A stretch of DNA of 64,000 nt from Paracoccaceae bacterium (lineage in GTDB: Bacteria; Pseudomonadota; Alphaproteobacteria; Rhodobacterales; Rhodobacteraceae). Shown here piece by piece: positions 17,987 to 27,512 of this stretch. Positions within the stretch are counted from its first letter, which is position 1. Each line of letters starts with the position of its first letter. The stretch spans positions 2,411,697 to 2,475,696 of the forward strand of contig JAHRYM010000001.1 of the NCBI GenBank assembly GCA_020622085.1, given 5' to 3'. Under the pieces are notes generated by a model that did no database searches, was not told the DNA's origin, and saw nothing but the letters and a program-made list of their open reading frames with translations. The translations under genes and the position numbers were made by a program.

Positions 17987-19311
17987 TGCACCACGCCCAA
18001 ATCGCCCAGCGCGCTTTCAACACGCCCTTGATGGTCGACCCGGCCAAGGCGCTGGCCTTCCTGTCCGGGCTGGGGCCGCGCATCACCGGACAGGAAATCA
18101 CCTTCCATGGCGTTGACGCGGACGTTTCCAATCAGACCGCAGTCGCTCTTCCACCCCGGGCCTCGCTCTTCGGCAATGACCTTGCCCAGCGTCATCAGCG
18201 CAACGGCACCCAGCCCTATGCGGTGGTCGATGGCATCGCAGTCATCGAAATCGCCGGAACGTTGGTCCATCGCGGCGCATGGATCGGGCAATCCTCGGGC
18301 CTCACGTCCTATGAGGGGATTGCCGCCCAGCTGCAGGCCGCATTGGCCGATCCCGGTGTGCGGGGTATCGCGCTGGACATCGACAGTTTCGGTGGCGAGG
18401 TCGCGGGCGCCTTCGATTTGGCCGATCGCATCCGGGCCGCCCGGGTGCAGAAGCCTGTCCACGCCTTCGTTGCGGAACACGCCCTGTCCGCTGGCTATGT
18501 CCTCGCCAGCCAAGCCGACCGCATCATCCTGCCCCGCACTGGTGCTGTCGGCAGCATTGGAGTTGTGGCGTTGCACACGGATATGAGCGGGGCGTTGGAC
18601 CAGAAGGGCATCGCCGTCACCCTGATCCATGCCGGATCGCACAAGATCGACGCCAATCCCTATCAGCCGCTGCCCGAGGCTGTGCACGACCAGATGCACC
18701 GTGGGCTGGAGGTTGTGCGCTTCCTCTTCGCGGAAACCGTCGCTGCCGGTCGCGGGGATCGGCTGACCCAAGCCGCAGCACTGGCGACCGAAGCTGCCGT
18801 GTTCCGCGGCACTGACGCCATCGCCGTCGGTCTGGCCGACGATCTGGCCGATCCCGTAACCGCCTTTCACGCCTTCGCCGCCGCGCCTCGCGGCACAACC
18901 TCCCCCAGCAGAAAGGGTCCGCAGATGACCACCACGCCCAACGACACCCCGAACCCAGCCCCGGTTGCCGCACCTCCTGCCGTAATGCCAGCGGTCGCGG
19001 CAGCGCCAGAGCCGCCCGCTGTGGCGGCGAATGCTTCGCCCACTGCCATGACCGCCGACGTTGTGCGCGCCGAGGCGGCCGAGGTGGCGCAAGTCTGCGC
19101 GCAGGCCGCCCGGCTTGGTGTGACCATCGACGCGGCCGACGCTGTCACGCGCGGGTTGAAACCCGAGGCCCTGCGCGCCCGGGTCCTAGCTGATCTCGCC
19201 GCCCGCAGCGATGCGGCTGGCATCATCGCCACCGCCCCGGCGGCAGCTGCCGCCAAAGACAGCCCGATCATCGCCGCCGCCAGGAAGGCCGCAACCGACG
19301 CGAAGCGCTGA
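17983..19311 (+). CDS. S49-family (ClpP-fold) head maturation protease/scaffold, gpC-like
   Basis: GIALDIDSFGGEVAG and SAGYVLASQADRIILP are typical of the SppA/S49 fold. The Ala/Pro-rich C-terminus is scaffold-like. Confidence 0.85.
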   Translation: MMHHAQIAQRAFNTPLMVDPAKALAFLSGLGPRITGQEITFHGVDADVSNQTAVALPPRASLFGNDLAQRHQRNGTQPYAVVDGIAVIEIAGTLVHRGAWIGQSSGLTSYEGIAAQLQAALADPGVRGIALDIDSFGGEVAGAFDLADRIRAARVQKPVHAFVAEHALSAGYVLASQADRIILPRTGAVGSIGVVALHTDMSGALDQKGIAVTLIHAGSHKIDANPYQPLPEAVHDQMHRGLEVVRFLFAETVAAGRGDRLTQAAALATEAAVFRGTDAIAVGLADDLADPVTAFHAFAAAPRGTTSPSRKGPQMTTTPNDTPNPAPVAAPPAVMPAVAAAPEPPAVAANASPTAMTADVVRAEAAEVAQVCAQAARLGVTIDAADAVTRGLKPEALRARVLADLAARSDAAGIIATAPAAAAAKDSPIIAAARKAATDAKR

Positions 19312-19354
19312 ACCAGCGCCTCTTCCCCATCCCCCAAACCATGGAGACTGACCA

Positions 19355-19735
19355 ATGCCCGTCCTGACGGAACCGCCCAGCATGGGCGATGTCCTCAAAT
19401 ATGAGGTCAACCCGAACTATACCCGCGAGGTGATCACGCTGCTGATCGGCATGCCCTATCCAGTCGGTTCGGTGCTGGGGAAGATCACGGCCAGCGGCAA
19501 ATATACCCTGTCACCAGCGACCGGCGCAGACGGATCGCAGGTCGCCGTCGCCGTGCTGCTTTATCCAGTAAATGCCACGCTGGCCGACGCCGTTGGCATC
19601 GTCGTCGCCCGCGGCCCCTCGATCGTGTCGCGCGCAGGCCTTGCCTATGAGGGCACGGTCAACGACGCGGCCAAGATCACCGCCAAGATCGCCCAGCTGG
19701 CCGCCGTCGGCATCATCGCTCGCGACGGCGTCTGA
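19355..19735 (+). CDS. Head decoration protein (gpD-like)
   Basis: A 126-aa ORF between the protease and the major capsid gene. The N-terminal segment LTEPPSMGDVLKYE is typical of this family. Confidence 0.65.
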   Translation: MPVLTEPPSMGDVLKYEVNPNYTREVITLLIGMPYPVGSVLGKITASGKYTLSPATGADGSQVAVAVLLYPVNATLADAVGIVVARGPSIVSRAGLAYEGTVNDAAKITAKIAQLAAVGIIARDGV

Positions 19736-19778
19736 CGCGGGCGTCGGCATCCCTTTCCCCAAATCCCCGGAGCACCCC

Positions 19779-20801
19779 ATGACCATCGTTCGCAATCCTT
19801 TTGACGCTGGCGGTTACTCGCTGGCCGAGATGACGCAGGCCATCAACATCCTGCCCAACCTCTACACCCGCCTCGGCCAGATCGGCCTGTTCCGCTTCGA
19901 AGGCGTCACCCAGCGCTCCGTCATCATCGAGCAATACGAGGGTGTCCTGAACCTGCTGCCGTCTGTCCCACTGGGTGGCCCGGCCACGGTCGGCACCCGG
20001 GAAGGCCGGTCGATGCGCAGCTTCGCCCTGCCGTGGATCCCGCATGACGATGTCATCCTGCCCGGCGACATTCAGGGCCAGCCCGCGCTGGGCGCATTCG
20101 ATGCCGCCGATCCACTCGTCGAGGTGATGAACCGCAAGCTGCAGCTGATGCGCCGCAAGCATGCCCAGACCCGCGAATACATGGAGATGAACGCGCTCCG
20201 CGGCATCGTCAAAGACGGCGCTGGCACGACCCTCTACAACTACTTTACCGAATTTGGGCTGGCGCAAATTTCGGTGGATTTCCTGCTGGGAACGGCAGGC
20301 ACCCTCGTTCAAAGCAAGGTGCGCGAGGTTTTGCGCGCAATCGAGGACAACCTCCTCGGCGAAAGCATGTCCGACGTGCATGCCCTCGTCAGCCGGGAAT
20401 TCTTCGACAAGCTGATCGCGCACCCCAAGACCGAGGAGGCCTACAAGTTCTACGCCGCCACTGGCGCACAGCCCTTGCGCCAGGATGTGCGGCGCAATTT
20501 CCCCTTCGCGGGCATCGTATTCGAGGAATATGCGGGCACCGTCACCCTTTCGACCAAGACCACCGAACGGCTGGTTCCCGCGAGCGAAGGCATCGCGTTC
20601 CCTTTGGGCACGATGGACACCTTCACCACCTACGGCGGCCCGGCCAACCTGCTCGAGGCGGCGAACACCTTGGGCCTGCCGCTCTACGCCCGCCAGCACC
20701 TCGACGAGAAGGGACGCTGGATCGACCTGATGACGGAGGCTTCGATCCTGCCGGTGAACAAGCGGCCGCGCATCGCGATCCGCATCCACACTTCGAACTG
20801 A
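19779..20801 (+). CDS. Major capsid protein, lambda gpE family
   Basis: 340 aa starting MTIVRNPFDAGGYSLAEMTQAINILPNLYTRLGQIGLF. Position after the gpD-like gene. Confidence 0.85.
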   Translation: MTIVRNPFDAGGYSLAEMTQAINILPNLYTRLGQIGLFRFEGVTQRSVIIEQYEGVLNLLPSVPLGGPATVGTREGRSMRSFALPWIPHDDVILPGDIQGQPALGAFDAADPLVEVMNRKLQLMRRKHAQTREYMEMNALRGIVKDGAGTTLYNYFTEFGLAQISVDFLLGTAGTLVQSKVREVLRAIEDNLLGESMSDVHALVSREFFDKLIAHPKTEEAYKFYAATGAQPLRQDVRRNFPFAGIVFEEYAGTVTLSTKTTERLVPASEGIAFPLGTMDTFTTYGGPANLLEAANTLGLPLYARQHLDEKGRWIDLMTEASILPVNKRPRIAIRIHTSN

Positions 20802-20807
20802 CCGGCC

Positions 20808-21122
20808 ATGAACGTCTTCGCCGCCGCCATGGAACGGATCTATGCCAACCCGTCCATGGCGGCAGCCGCTGTCTGGATTTCCGCCACCACGTCGGAGGAA
20901 CGCCCCATCCACGTCATCCGCCGCGCCCCGGATCGCATCACCGAGTTCGGCGCTGGGCGCATTGTCAGCGACACGATGATGGTGGACGTCCGCGTGTCCG
21001 ACCTGCCCGATCCCCGCACCGGTGATCTGATCGTGATCGGTGCCAACAGCTTCACCATTCAGGGCGAACCCACTCGCGACCGCGAACGCCTGATCTGGTC
21101 GCTGGACCTTCGGCCATCATGA
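20808..21122 (+). CDS. Hypothetical head-tail connector/neck protein
   Basis: Call rests on position directly after the capsid gene and on translational coupling. No motif. Confidence 0.45.
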   Translation: MNVFAAAMERIYANPSMAAAAVWISATTSEERPIHVIRRAPDRITEFGAGRIVSDTMMVDVRVSDLPDPRTGDLIVIGANSFTIQGEPTRDRERLIWSLDLRPS

Positions 21123-21748
21123 AACTGAAAGTCCAGTTCGATCCCGACCTCGTCGCCTTGACGCAGGCCGAAATCGCCGCCGGGGAAAAGGCAGTGTCCG
21201 CCGCCATGCGCGAGGCGGGCACCGGCCTGAAATCTGCCTGGCGCGGCCAGATTACCGGCGCGGGGCTGGGCACCAGGCTGGGCAACTCCATCCGCCTCGC
21301 CAGCTTCCCGAAATCCGGCGAAAGCCTGAACGCCGCCGCGCTGGTCTGGTCGAACGCCCCGGTCATCATTGGCGCGCATGACACCGGTCCGCTGATCCGG
21401 TCAAAGGATGGATTCTGGCTGGCAATCCCCACCCCCGCTGCCGGGAAAAGCGCCAAGGGTGGCCGGATCACCCCGGGCGAATGGGAACGCCGCACCGGCT
21501 TGCGGCTGCGGTTCATCTACCGACGTCGCGGGCCCAGCCTACTTGTGGCCGAAGGACGGCTGAATTCGAAGGGCCGAGCTGTGGCGTCGAAATCCAAGAC
21601 CGGGCGCGGCGTGGCGACAGTGCCGATTTTCCTGCTCGTGCCGCAGGTCAAATTGCGCAAGCGGCTGGATCTGGCACGGGATGCGGAGCGGGCGGTCGAC
21701 GGCGTGCCGGGGCGAATTGTTGTGAATTGGGTGGAGGGGAAAGTGTGA
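21119..21748 (+). CDS. Hypothetical phage morphogenesis protein
   Basis: ATGA overlap with the previous gene. Position in the neck module. No motif. Confidence 0.5.
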   Translation: MKLKVQFDPDLVALTQAEIAAGEKAVSAAMREAGTGLKSAWRGQITGAGLGTRLGNSIRLASFPKSGESLNAAALVWSNAPVIIGAHDTGPLIRSKDGFWLAIPTPAAGKSAKGGRITPGEWERRTGLRLRFIYRRRGPSLLVAEGRLNSKGRAVASKSKTGRGVATVPIFLLVPQVKLRKRLDLARDAERAVDGVPGRIVVNWVEGKV

Positions 21749-21763
21749 CGCCCCTGCTCGTCA

Positions 21764-22051
21764 TTAGCCAGCCTCGCGTTGATGGCGCACAGCCAAGACA
21801 ACCGCCGTTTCACCGTCAAACCGATAGAGCGACACATAGCCACTGTCGCCAAAGGTGATGAACCACTCGCGGAATTCCGGTTCCATGTCCTCGACCGGTC
21901 GCCCGGCGCCCGGTTGATCGCGCAGGATGTTCATGCCTTCGCGGATTGACTTGGCGGCGCGTCGCGCAGCATCAGGGTTCTTGTCAGCAAGGAAACAGTA
22001 CAACCGCTCGACATCCCGCAGCGCGGCGGGCGACCAGATCAGTTGTGGCAT
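21764..22051 (-). CDS. RelE/ParE-family type II toxin
   Basis: 95 aa: MPQLIWSPAALRDVERLYCFLADKNPDAARRA...GYVSLYRFDGETAVVLAVRHQRE, the typical ParE/RelE layout. Confidence 0.8.
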   Translation of the reverse strand: MPQLIWSPAALRDVERLYCFLADKNPDAARRAAKSIREGMNILRDQPGAGRPVEDMEPEFREWFITFGDSGYVSLYRFDGETAVVLAVRHQREAG

Positions 22052-22323
22052 TCAGGGGTTGCCGCCTCTTCGCCTACTTCCAACTTGGCAAGCCAGGCAT
22101 CGGCTTCGTCATGGGTCACGTGCTGGCCGGTCGCCTGATACTCCTGCCAGGCCTGTAACCCGGCTTGCCGGAACGCCTCGCGCTTCTCCTCGCGCTCGAC
22201 GAATTGCGCCACGGCCTCGCGCAGCATCCAGTGGGTGGAGCGATCCTTGGCATCCGCCAGCCGTTTGAGGCGGTCGCGGGTATCCTGATCGAGCTTTACG
22301 GCGATGGGGCGGACGGCGTTCAT
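22039..22323 (-). CDS. Ribbon-helix-helix (CopG/ParD-like) antitoxin
   Basis: The RHH N-terminus is IAVKLDQDTRDRLKRLADAKDRSTHWMLREAVAQFVE. It overlaps the toxin start. The start is set at ATG 22323. Confidence 0.75.
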   Translation of the reverse strand: MNAVRPIAVKLDQDTRDRLKRLADAKDRSTHWMLREAVAQFVEREEKREAFRQAGLQAWQEYQATGQHVTHDEADAWLAKLEVGEEAATPECHN

Positions 22324-22411
22324 GGGTGCTGCTCCGGGCGAGTATTCATGGGTACTACCTTTAGCATATCCGCGACAATCACAGAAGTCACAATTCAGGA
22401 AGTGCGCTGTC

Positions 22412-22834
22412 ATGCACACCACCCGGGAGACCATCCTCGCCGCGCTCCACGCGCGGCTGCAGCCACTTGCCGCCCTTACCCTGCGCGATGAGGTCCTGCC
22501 CGAGCGGATCCCCGCGGCCGGAGTGATCATCCTGCGCGACGGTCAGCCGGGTGAACCAGAGGTTACGCTGTCACCCCTGCGCTACCACTACCAGCAACGC
22601 GCCGAACTGGAGGTCGTCGTACAGGCCCCGAATGGCCGGGCCAGCGCCTTCGACACCCTGATCGCTGCCATCGGCACGACGATTGAAGCCGACCGCACGT
22701 TGGGCGGCCTCTGCGACTGGGTCGAACCCGAAGCCCCAGCCTCGGTCGATCTGCCCATCGAGGGTGCTGCGGCGCTGAAGGCGGCGGTGATCACCGTCGT
22801 GCTGCACTACACCACCACCGGCCCCCTGGCCTGA
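22412..22834 (+). CDS. Hypothetical tail-completion/terminator-like protein
   Basis: A 140-aa ORF immediately upstream of the tube gene. No motif; positional inference only. Confidence 0.45.
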   Translation: MHTTRETILAALHARLQPLAALTLRDEVLPERIPAAGVIILRDGQPGEPEVTLSPLRYHYQQRAELEVVVQAPNGRASAFDTLIAAIGTTIEADRTLGGLCDWVEPEAPASVDLPIEGAAALKAAVITVVLHYTTTGPLA

Positions 22835-22858
22835 CACCCCCACATAAAGGAGACCCCC

Positions 22859-23797
22859 ATGGCACGTGCGCAAGGCGCGCGGGCGCAGATGGCGCTTGCG
22901 TATGAAACGGTTTACGGCACCCCGCCGGTGAGTGGGTTCCGATTGATGCCCTTTGCCCGAACGACATTGGGCTCGGAGCAACCGCTGCTGGAATCCGAAC
23001 TGCTGGGCTATGGCCGCGATCCCCTAGCCCCGATCAAGGACGCGGTCACCGCCGACGGCGAGGTGGTGATCCCCATCGATGTGGAGGGCTTCGGGTTCTG
23101 GCTGAAGGCGGCCTTCGGCCAGCCGGTCACCAGCGGCACCACGCCCAAGACCCACACCTTCCAGTCGGGCAACTGGACCCTGCCCAGCATGGCCATCGAG
23201 ACAACTATGCCCGAAGTGCCCCGCTTCGCCATGTATTCGGGCTGCGTGCTGGATCAGCTGACCTGGCAGATGCAGCGGTCGGGTCTGTTGACGGCCACCG
23301 CTCGGCTTGTGGCCCAAGGCGAAACTATCGCCGCCGCGACAGCCGCTGGCACGCCGACAGCGCTGGGGCTGCAACGCTTCGGCCACTTCAACGGCACGGT
23401 GAAAAGGAATGGCTCGGCCTTGGGCAATGTGGTTTCAGCTGAGATCACCTATTCCAACAACCTCGACCGGATCGAGACCATCCGTGGCGATGGCCGCATC
23501 GATGGCGCTGATCCCGCCATGGCCGCCCTGTCGGGCCGCATAGAAGTGCGGTTTTCCGACACGACACTGATCACCCAAGCCATCGACGGCACGCCTTGCG
23601 AGCTGGAGTTCAACTACAGCCTTGGGGCCAACGCGAGCTTCACCTTCACCGCCCACGCCGTCTATCTGCCCCGCCCGCGCATCGAGATCGCGGGGCCACA
23701 GGGCGTGCAGGCGACGTTCGACTGGATGGCCGCAAAAGCCGCCAGCCCTGCCCGCATGTGCACCGCCGTTCTCGTCAACACTCTCGCAGGATACTGA
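22859..23797 (+). CDS. Major tail (tube) protein
   Basis: ATG with an AAGGAG RBS. A 312-aa ORF directly upstream of the chaperone and tape measure genes. Confidence 0.6.
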   Translation: MARAQGARAQMALAYETVYGTPPVSGFRLMPFARTTLGSEQPLLESELLGYGRDPLAPIKDAVTADGEVVIPIDVEGFGFWLKAAFGQPVTSGTTPKTHTFQSGNWTLPSMAIETTMPEVPRFAMYSGCVLDQLTWQMQRSGLLTATARLVAQGETIAAATAAGTPTALGLQRFGHFNGTVKRNGSALGNVVSAEITYSNNLDRIETIRGDGRIDGADPAMAALSGRIEVRFSDTTLITQAIDGTPCELEFNYSLGANASFTFTAHAVYLPRPRIEIAGPQGVQATFDWMAAKAASPARMCTAVLVNTLAGY

Positions 23798-23799
23798 TC

Positions 23800-24237
23800 A
23801 TGATCCGACTGAACCTGACTGCCACGCCCGAATGGCTGGACCTCGCCCCCGGCCTGCGCCTACTCGTCGGGCCGCTCACCACCGCGCTGATGGTGTCAGC
23901 CCGCGCCGATCCAGCCATCGAAGCGCTGCCAGAGGGTGCTAGCCAAGAGGCGCTGGCCCTCGCGATGGCCAAGGCCGTCGCCCGACGCGCCGTGCTGGAT
24001 TGGGAGGGCGTCGGCGATGCCATGGGCAATATCGTGCCCGTCACGCCCGACGGCATCGACGCCCTTTTGGAAATCTGGCCGGTCTTCGAGGCGTTCCAGA
24101 CCATGTATGTCGCGAAGGGCCTGATCCTGGACGCCGAAAAAAACGTCTCCGCGCCCTCGCCGACTGGTCCTTCGGCGGAGGCGATCGGTACTGCGCCGCC
24201 TGCGCGGGGCCGTGCGCGGACTGCCCCGCAAGACTGA
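23800..24237 (+). CDS. Tail assembly chaperone (gpG analogue)
   Basis: A small acidic ORF between the tube and tape measure genes. It contains a slippery heptamer near its 3' end. Confidence 0.7.
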   Translation: MIRLNLTATPEWLDLAPGLRLLVGPLTTALMVSARADPAIEALPEGASQEALALAMAKAVARRAVLDWEGVGDAMGNIVPVTPDGIDALLEIWPVFEAFQTMYVAKGLILDAEKNVSAPSPTGPSAEAIGTAPPARGRARTAPQD

Positions 24238-24467
24238 ACCAGCCACAGACCCCCGAGGGCTGGCAGGTCTGGGATCTGGTCGGCCGCCTAGGTGGCCAGC
24301 TGCGCGTGATCCCTGGCGCGGTCCTCGGTTGGGACATGGGCGCGGCACTCGCGATGGCCCGGGCGCTTGGCATCGACACCCTGATCGCCGCCGAACTGCT
24401 GCCCGAGGTCGAGGCGGTGATGGTGCGCAAACTGAACGAACAGATGGAAGGAAGCCGCGATGGCTGA
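23800..24467 (+). CDS. Tail assembly chaperone -1 frameshift product (gpGT analogue)
   Basis: A shift at 24138-24144 joins ...LILDAEK to KRLRALADWSFGGGDRYCAACAGPC..., which runs to TGA 24465-24467 and overlaps the tape measure start. Confidence 0.65.
24138..24144 (+). promoter_or_regulatory. -1 programmed frameshift slippery site A_AAA_AAC
   Basis: An X_XXY_YYZ heptamer in the correct phase of the 23800 frame. The -1 frame stays open for a further ~107 codons. Confidence 0.7.
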
Positions 24468-26886
24468 AAAGCGTGTGTCCGTCCGCCTCGTGGCGGAGGG
24501 CGGCCGCCAGGTGCGTGCGGAACTCGAAGGCATCGGCGATGCCGGGGCGCGCGGCTTTGGCCGCCTGTCCACCGAGATGGAACTGGCCAACACCCGGCTG
24601 GCCAGCTTTGCACGGAAGGCCGGGATTGCACTGGCGGCGGTGACGGTTGCGGCGGCCGCTGCTGGCGTGGCGATGGTGCGGTCGGGTCTCGAGACCATCG
24701 GCGCGCAAGCCGACATGGCCGCCTCGCTGAAGACTACGGTCGAAAGCTTGCAGGTTCTGACGTGGGCTGGCGAACTGGCAGGCGTGTCGATGGGGGAGAT
24801 CGAACAGGCCACGAAGAAGCTGACCACCCGGTTGTCGGAAGCTGCTGCCGGTTCGGGATCGGCAGTCGGGGCCTTGCAGCGGCTGAACCTGACGGCCGCC
24901 GAGCTTCAGGCGCTGCCACTCGACCAGCGCATCGTTGCCATACAGGAAGCCTTGAACCGGTTTGTGCCGGAAGCGGAACGCGCCGCCGTGGCATCCGACC
25001 TCTTCGGCGACAAGGCGGCATTGGCTTTCCTTCGCATTGATCCAGCGGCCTTGCGCGAGGCGGCGCAGGATGTGCGCGACTTCGGTGTGGCGGTCAGTGC
25101 AACGGATGCCGCCCAGATCGAGCGCACCGGCGACGCAATCGCCAAACTCAGCCTGATCTGGCTCGGGCTGACCAACCGGCTGACCGCGGCGGTAGCCCCG
25201 GCGCTGGAAACCATCGCGAACACGCTGTCCGACATGGCGCGCAGCACCGGTCCCATCGGTATCGCGATCAATGCGCTGTTTGACAACATTGGTCGCCTGA
25301 CCACTTATGCCGCGACCTTTGCCACGCTGATGGCCGGGCGCTGGGTGGCGGGACTGGCGGCAGCTGCCTTGTCCGTGCGCGGCCTTGCAACCGGACTGGT
25401 GATCCTGCGGGGAGCGCTGATCCGTACCGGCATCGGCGCGCTGATCGTCGGCGCGGGCGAGTTGGTGTTTCAGTTCACCCGGCTGGTTGCGGGTGCGGGT
25501 GGTTTTGGGGCTGCGATTGGCCTTCTGAAGGATCTGGCTCTGGAGGTCTGGGACCGCATCGGTCTTGGGGCCGCGTCTGCCTGGTCGAAGATCGAGGCCA
25601 GCTGGGCCGGGCTGCAAGCCACCATTTACGGCGCGATGCAGTCCTCGGTAGAGGCGGTGACCAGCTTTGCCAATTCGGCTGCTGGCATCTTCAAGGGCGC
25701 CTATGATGCGGTGAAAGCGATCTGGGGCCAGCTGCCCGGCGCGATAGGCGATTTCGCGTTCCAGGCCGCGAACGGTCTGATCGGCGGCGTCGAGGCCATG
25801 CTGAACGGCGTCGTCACCCGGATCAACAATTTCATCAACGGGCTGAATGCCGCGCTGGACCTACTGCCGGATTGGGCGGTTGGCGAAGGAGGGGTGCGGA
25901 TTGGCACGCTGGATCCGGTGGCGCTGGGCCGGATCGACAATCCCTTCGCGGGATCTGCCGCCGCAGCTGGAACCGCTGCCGCCGAAGCTTTCTCGGCGGC
26001 GATGGCGCAAACCTACGTCACCACGCCTGACCTTGGCCTCACGGGAATGGCAGAAGAGGCAACCGCCCGGGCAGAGGCCTATCGAGAGGCTTCCGGCATG
26101 CTGGCCGACGCTGCCGCACGTCCGATGCAAAGCTGGCAGGCGCTGAAAGACGCGGTTTCCGGTGCCGGAACCGAAGGCGAAACCGCGCTCGATGGGGCCA
26201 CGGAGGCCGCCGACCGGCTGGACGAGTCGATGACGGAAGCCGGGCGCGCCGCTGGTGGGGCTGGTGCCGCTGCTGCGGCGGGCGCCGAAGTGGCCAAGAC
26301 CGGCTGGGAAGCTGCCGTCGCCACCCTCGCAGATTATGCCGCCAAGGCCCGCGACATCGGCGGCGATGTCGGCAATGCACTGGTCTCTGCCTTCACCTCG
26401 GCCGAGAACGCGGTGGGTGAGTTCGTCAAAACCGGCAAGCTGGATTTCCGCGACCTTGTCACATCGATGATTGCCGATCTGGCCAAACTGGCTGCGCGAC
26501 GATTCATCCTTGGCCCCATCGCCAATGCGCTTTCGGGCGCGCTGGGCGGCGCGGGTGGCATTTTCGCGGATATCCTGCATTCCGGTGGCACCGTTGGGTT
26601 GGCGGGCAGTGGTCGCATGGTACCGGCCCTTGCCTTCGCCAATGCCCCACGGATGCATTCGGGCGGCTGGGCCGGGATCAAGCCCGACGAGGTTCCGGCA
26701 ATCCTGCAGCGCGGGGAGCGAGTTCTGTCTCGGCGAGAGACAGCAGGGTATGGCCAGGGACAATCCTCTGCACCCGCCGTCAATGTGACGATCAACGCCC
26801 GTGACGCCGAAAGCTTCCGGCAATCGCGCACGCAAGTCGCCGCCGACATTGCTCGGGCCGTGTCCCTCGGCCGGAGGGGCATATGA
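24460..26886 (+). CDS. Tail tape measure protein
   Basis: 808 aa, Ala/Gly-rich and helical, with hydrophobic central segments. Follows the chaperone pair. Confidence 0.9.
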   Translation: MAEKRVSVRLVAEGGRQVRAELEGIGDAGARGFGRLSTEMELANTRLASFARKAGIALAAVTVAAAAAGVAMVRSGLETIGAQADMAASLKTTVESLQVLTWAGELAGVSMGEIEQATKKLTTRLSEAAAGSGSAVGALQRLNLTAAELQALPLDQRIVAIQEALNRFVPEAERAAVASDLFGDKAALAFLRIDPAALREAAQDVRDFGVAVSATDAAQIERTGDAIAKLSLIWLGLTNRLTAAVAPALETIANTLSDMARSTGPIGIAINALFDNIGRLTTYAATFATLMAGRWVAGLAAAALSVRGLATGLVILRGALIRTGIGALIVGAGELVFQFTRLVAGAGGFGAAIGLLKDLALEVWDRIGLGAASAWSKIEASWAGLQATIYGAMQSSVEAVTSFANSAAGIFKGAYDAVKAIWGQLPGAIGDFAFQAANGLIGGVEAMLNGVVTRINNFINGLNAALDLLPDWAVGEGGVRIGTLDPVALGRIDNPFAGSAAAAGTAAAEAFSAAMAQTYVTTPDLGLTGMAEEATARAEAYREASGMLADAAARPMQSWQALKDAVSGAGTEGETALDGATEAADRLDESMTEAGRAAGGAGAAAAAGAEVAKTGWEAAVATLADYAAKARDIGGDVGNALVSAFTSAENAVGEFVKTGKLDFRDLVTSMIADLAKLAARRFILGPIANALSGALGGAGGIFADILHSGGTVGLAGSGRMVPALAFANAPRMHSGGWAGIKPDEVPAILQRGERVLSRRETAGYGQGQSSAPAVNVTINARDAESFRQSRTQVAADIARAVSLGRRGI

Positions 26887-27512
26887 TGGCGTTTCACGAA
26901 ATCAGGTTCCCTGACAACATCAGCCGGGGGGCGCGCGGCGGCCCGGAACGGCGGACCCAGATCGTAGAGTTGGCTTCGGGCGACGAGGAACGCAATGCCA
27001 GCTGGGCCAACAGCCGCCGCCGCTATGATGTGGCATACGGCATCCGGCGTGCCGATGATCTGGCGGCGGTGGTTGCCTTCTTCGAGGCCCGCAACGGTCG
27101 CCTGCACGGCTTTCGCTACAAGGACTGGGCCGACTACAAATCTGCCCTGCCGTCGCAGGCGATCACCGCAACCGACCAGCAGATCGGCACCGGGACCGGC
27201 AGTCAGCAAATCTTCCAGCTCACAAAACGCTACACCTCCGGCGCGCAGACTTGGATGCGGACCATCACCAAACCGGTGGCTGGGACCGTCCGCGTCGCGC
27301 TGGGCATGGTCGAGCAGATGTCGGGCTGGACCGTGGACACGACGACTGGCGTCGTCACCTTCACCACTGCCCCTACTGGCGGTGTCGCCGTCCGCGCTGG
27401 CTTCGAATTCGATGTACCGGTCCGCTTCGACAGCGACACGCTGGATGTCACCCTCGACTTTGAACGGCTGGGATCGATCACCGCCATCCCGCTCTTGGAG
27501 ATCCGCAGATGA
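26883..27512 (+). CDS. Distal tail protein, DUF2460 / RcGTA g12-like
   Basis: MAFHEIRFPDNISRGARGGPERRTQIV..SGDEERN..W...RR.YDV is the characteristic N-terminus of this family. Confidence 0.8.
   Translation: MMAFHEIRFPDNISRGARGGPERRTQIVELASGDEERNASWANSRRRYDVAYGIRRADDLAAVVAFFEARNGRLHGFRYKDWADYKSALPSQAITATDQQIGTGTGSQQIFQLTKRYTSGAQTWMRTITKPVAGTVRVALGMVEQMSGWTVDTTTGVVTFTTAPTGGVAVRAGFEFDVPVRFDSDTLDVTLDFERLGSITAIPLLEIRR

Noticed and set aside
23896-25617. Long antisense or alternative-frame ORFs. Examples: 13710-14357(-), 14491-16005(-), 17662-19092(-), 19713-20912(-), 23896-25617(-), 26334-27560(-), 38455-39459(-), 42975-44252(-), 44228-45073(-), 59740-60684(-).
   Set aside because: They are Arg/Pro/Gly/Ala-rich and lack motifs. 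Each fully overlaps a gene with clear family signatures. This is the expected open-frame artefact of high-GC DNA.
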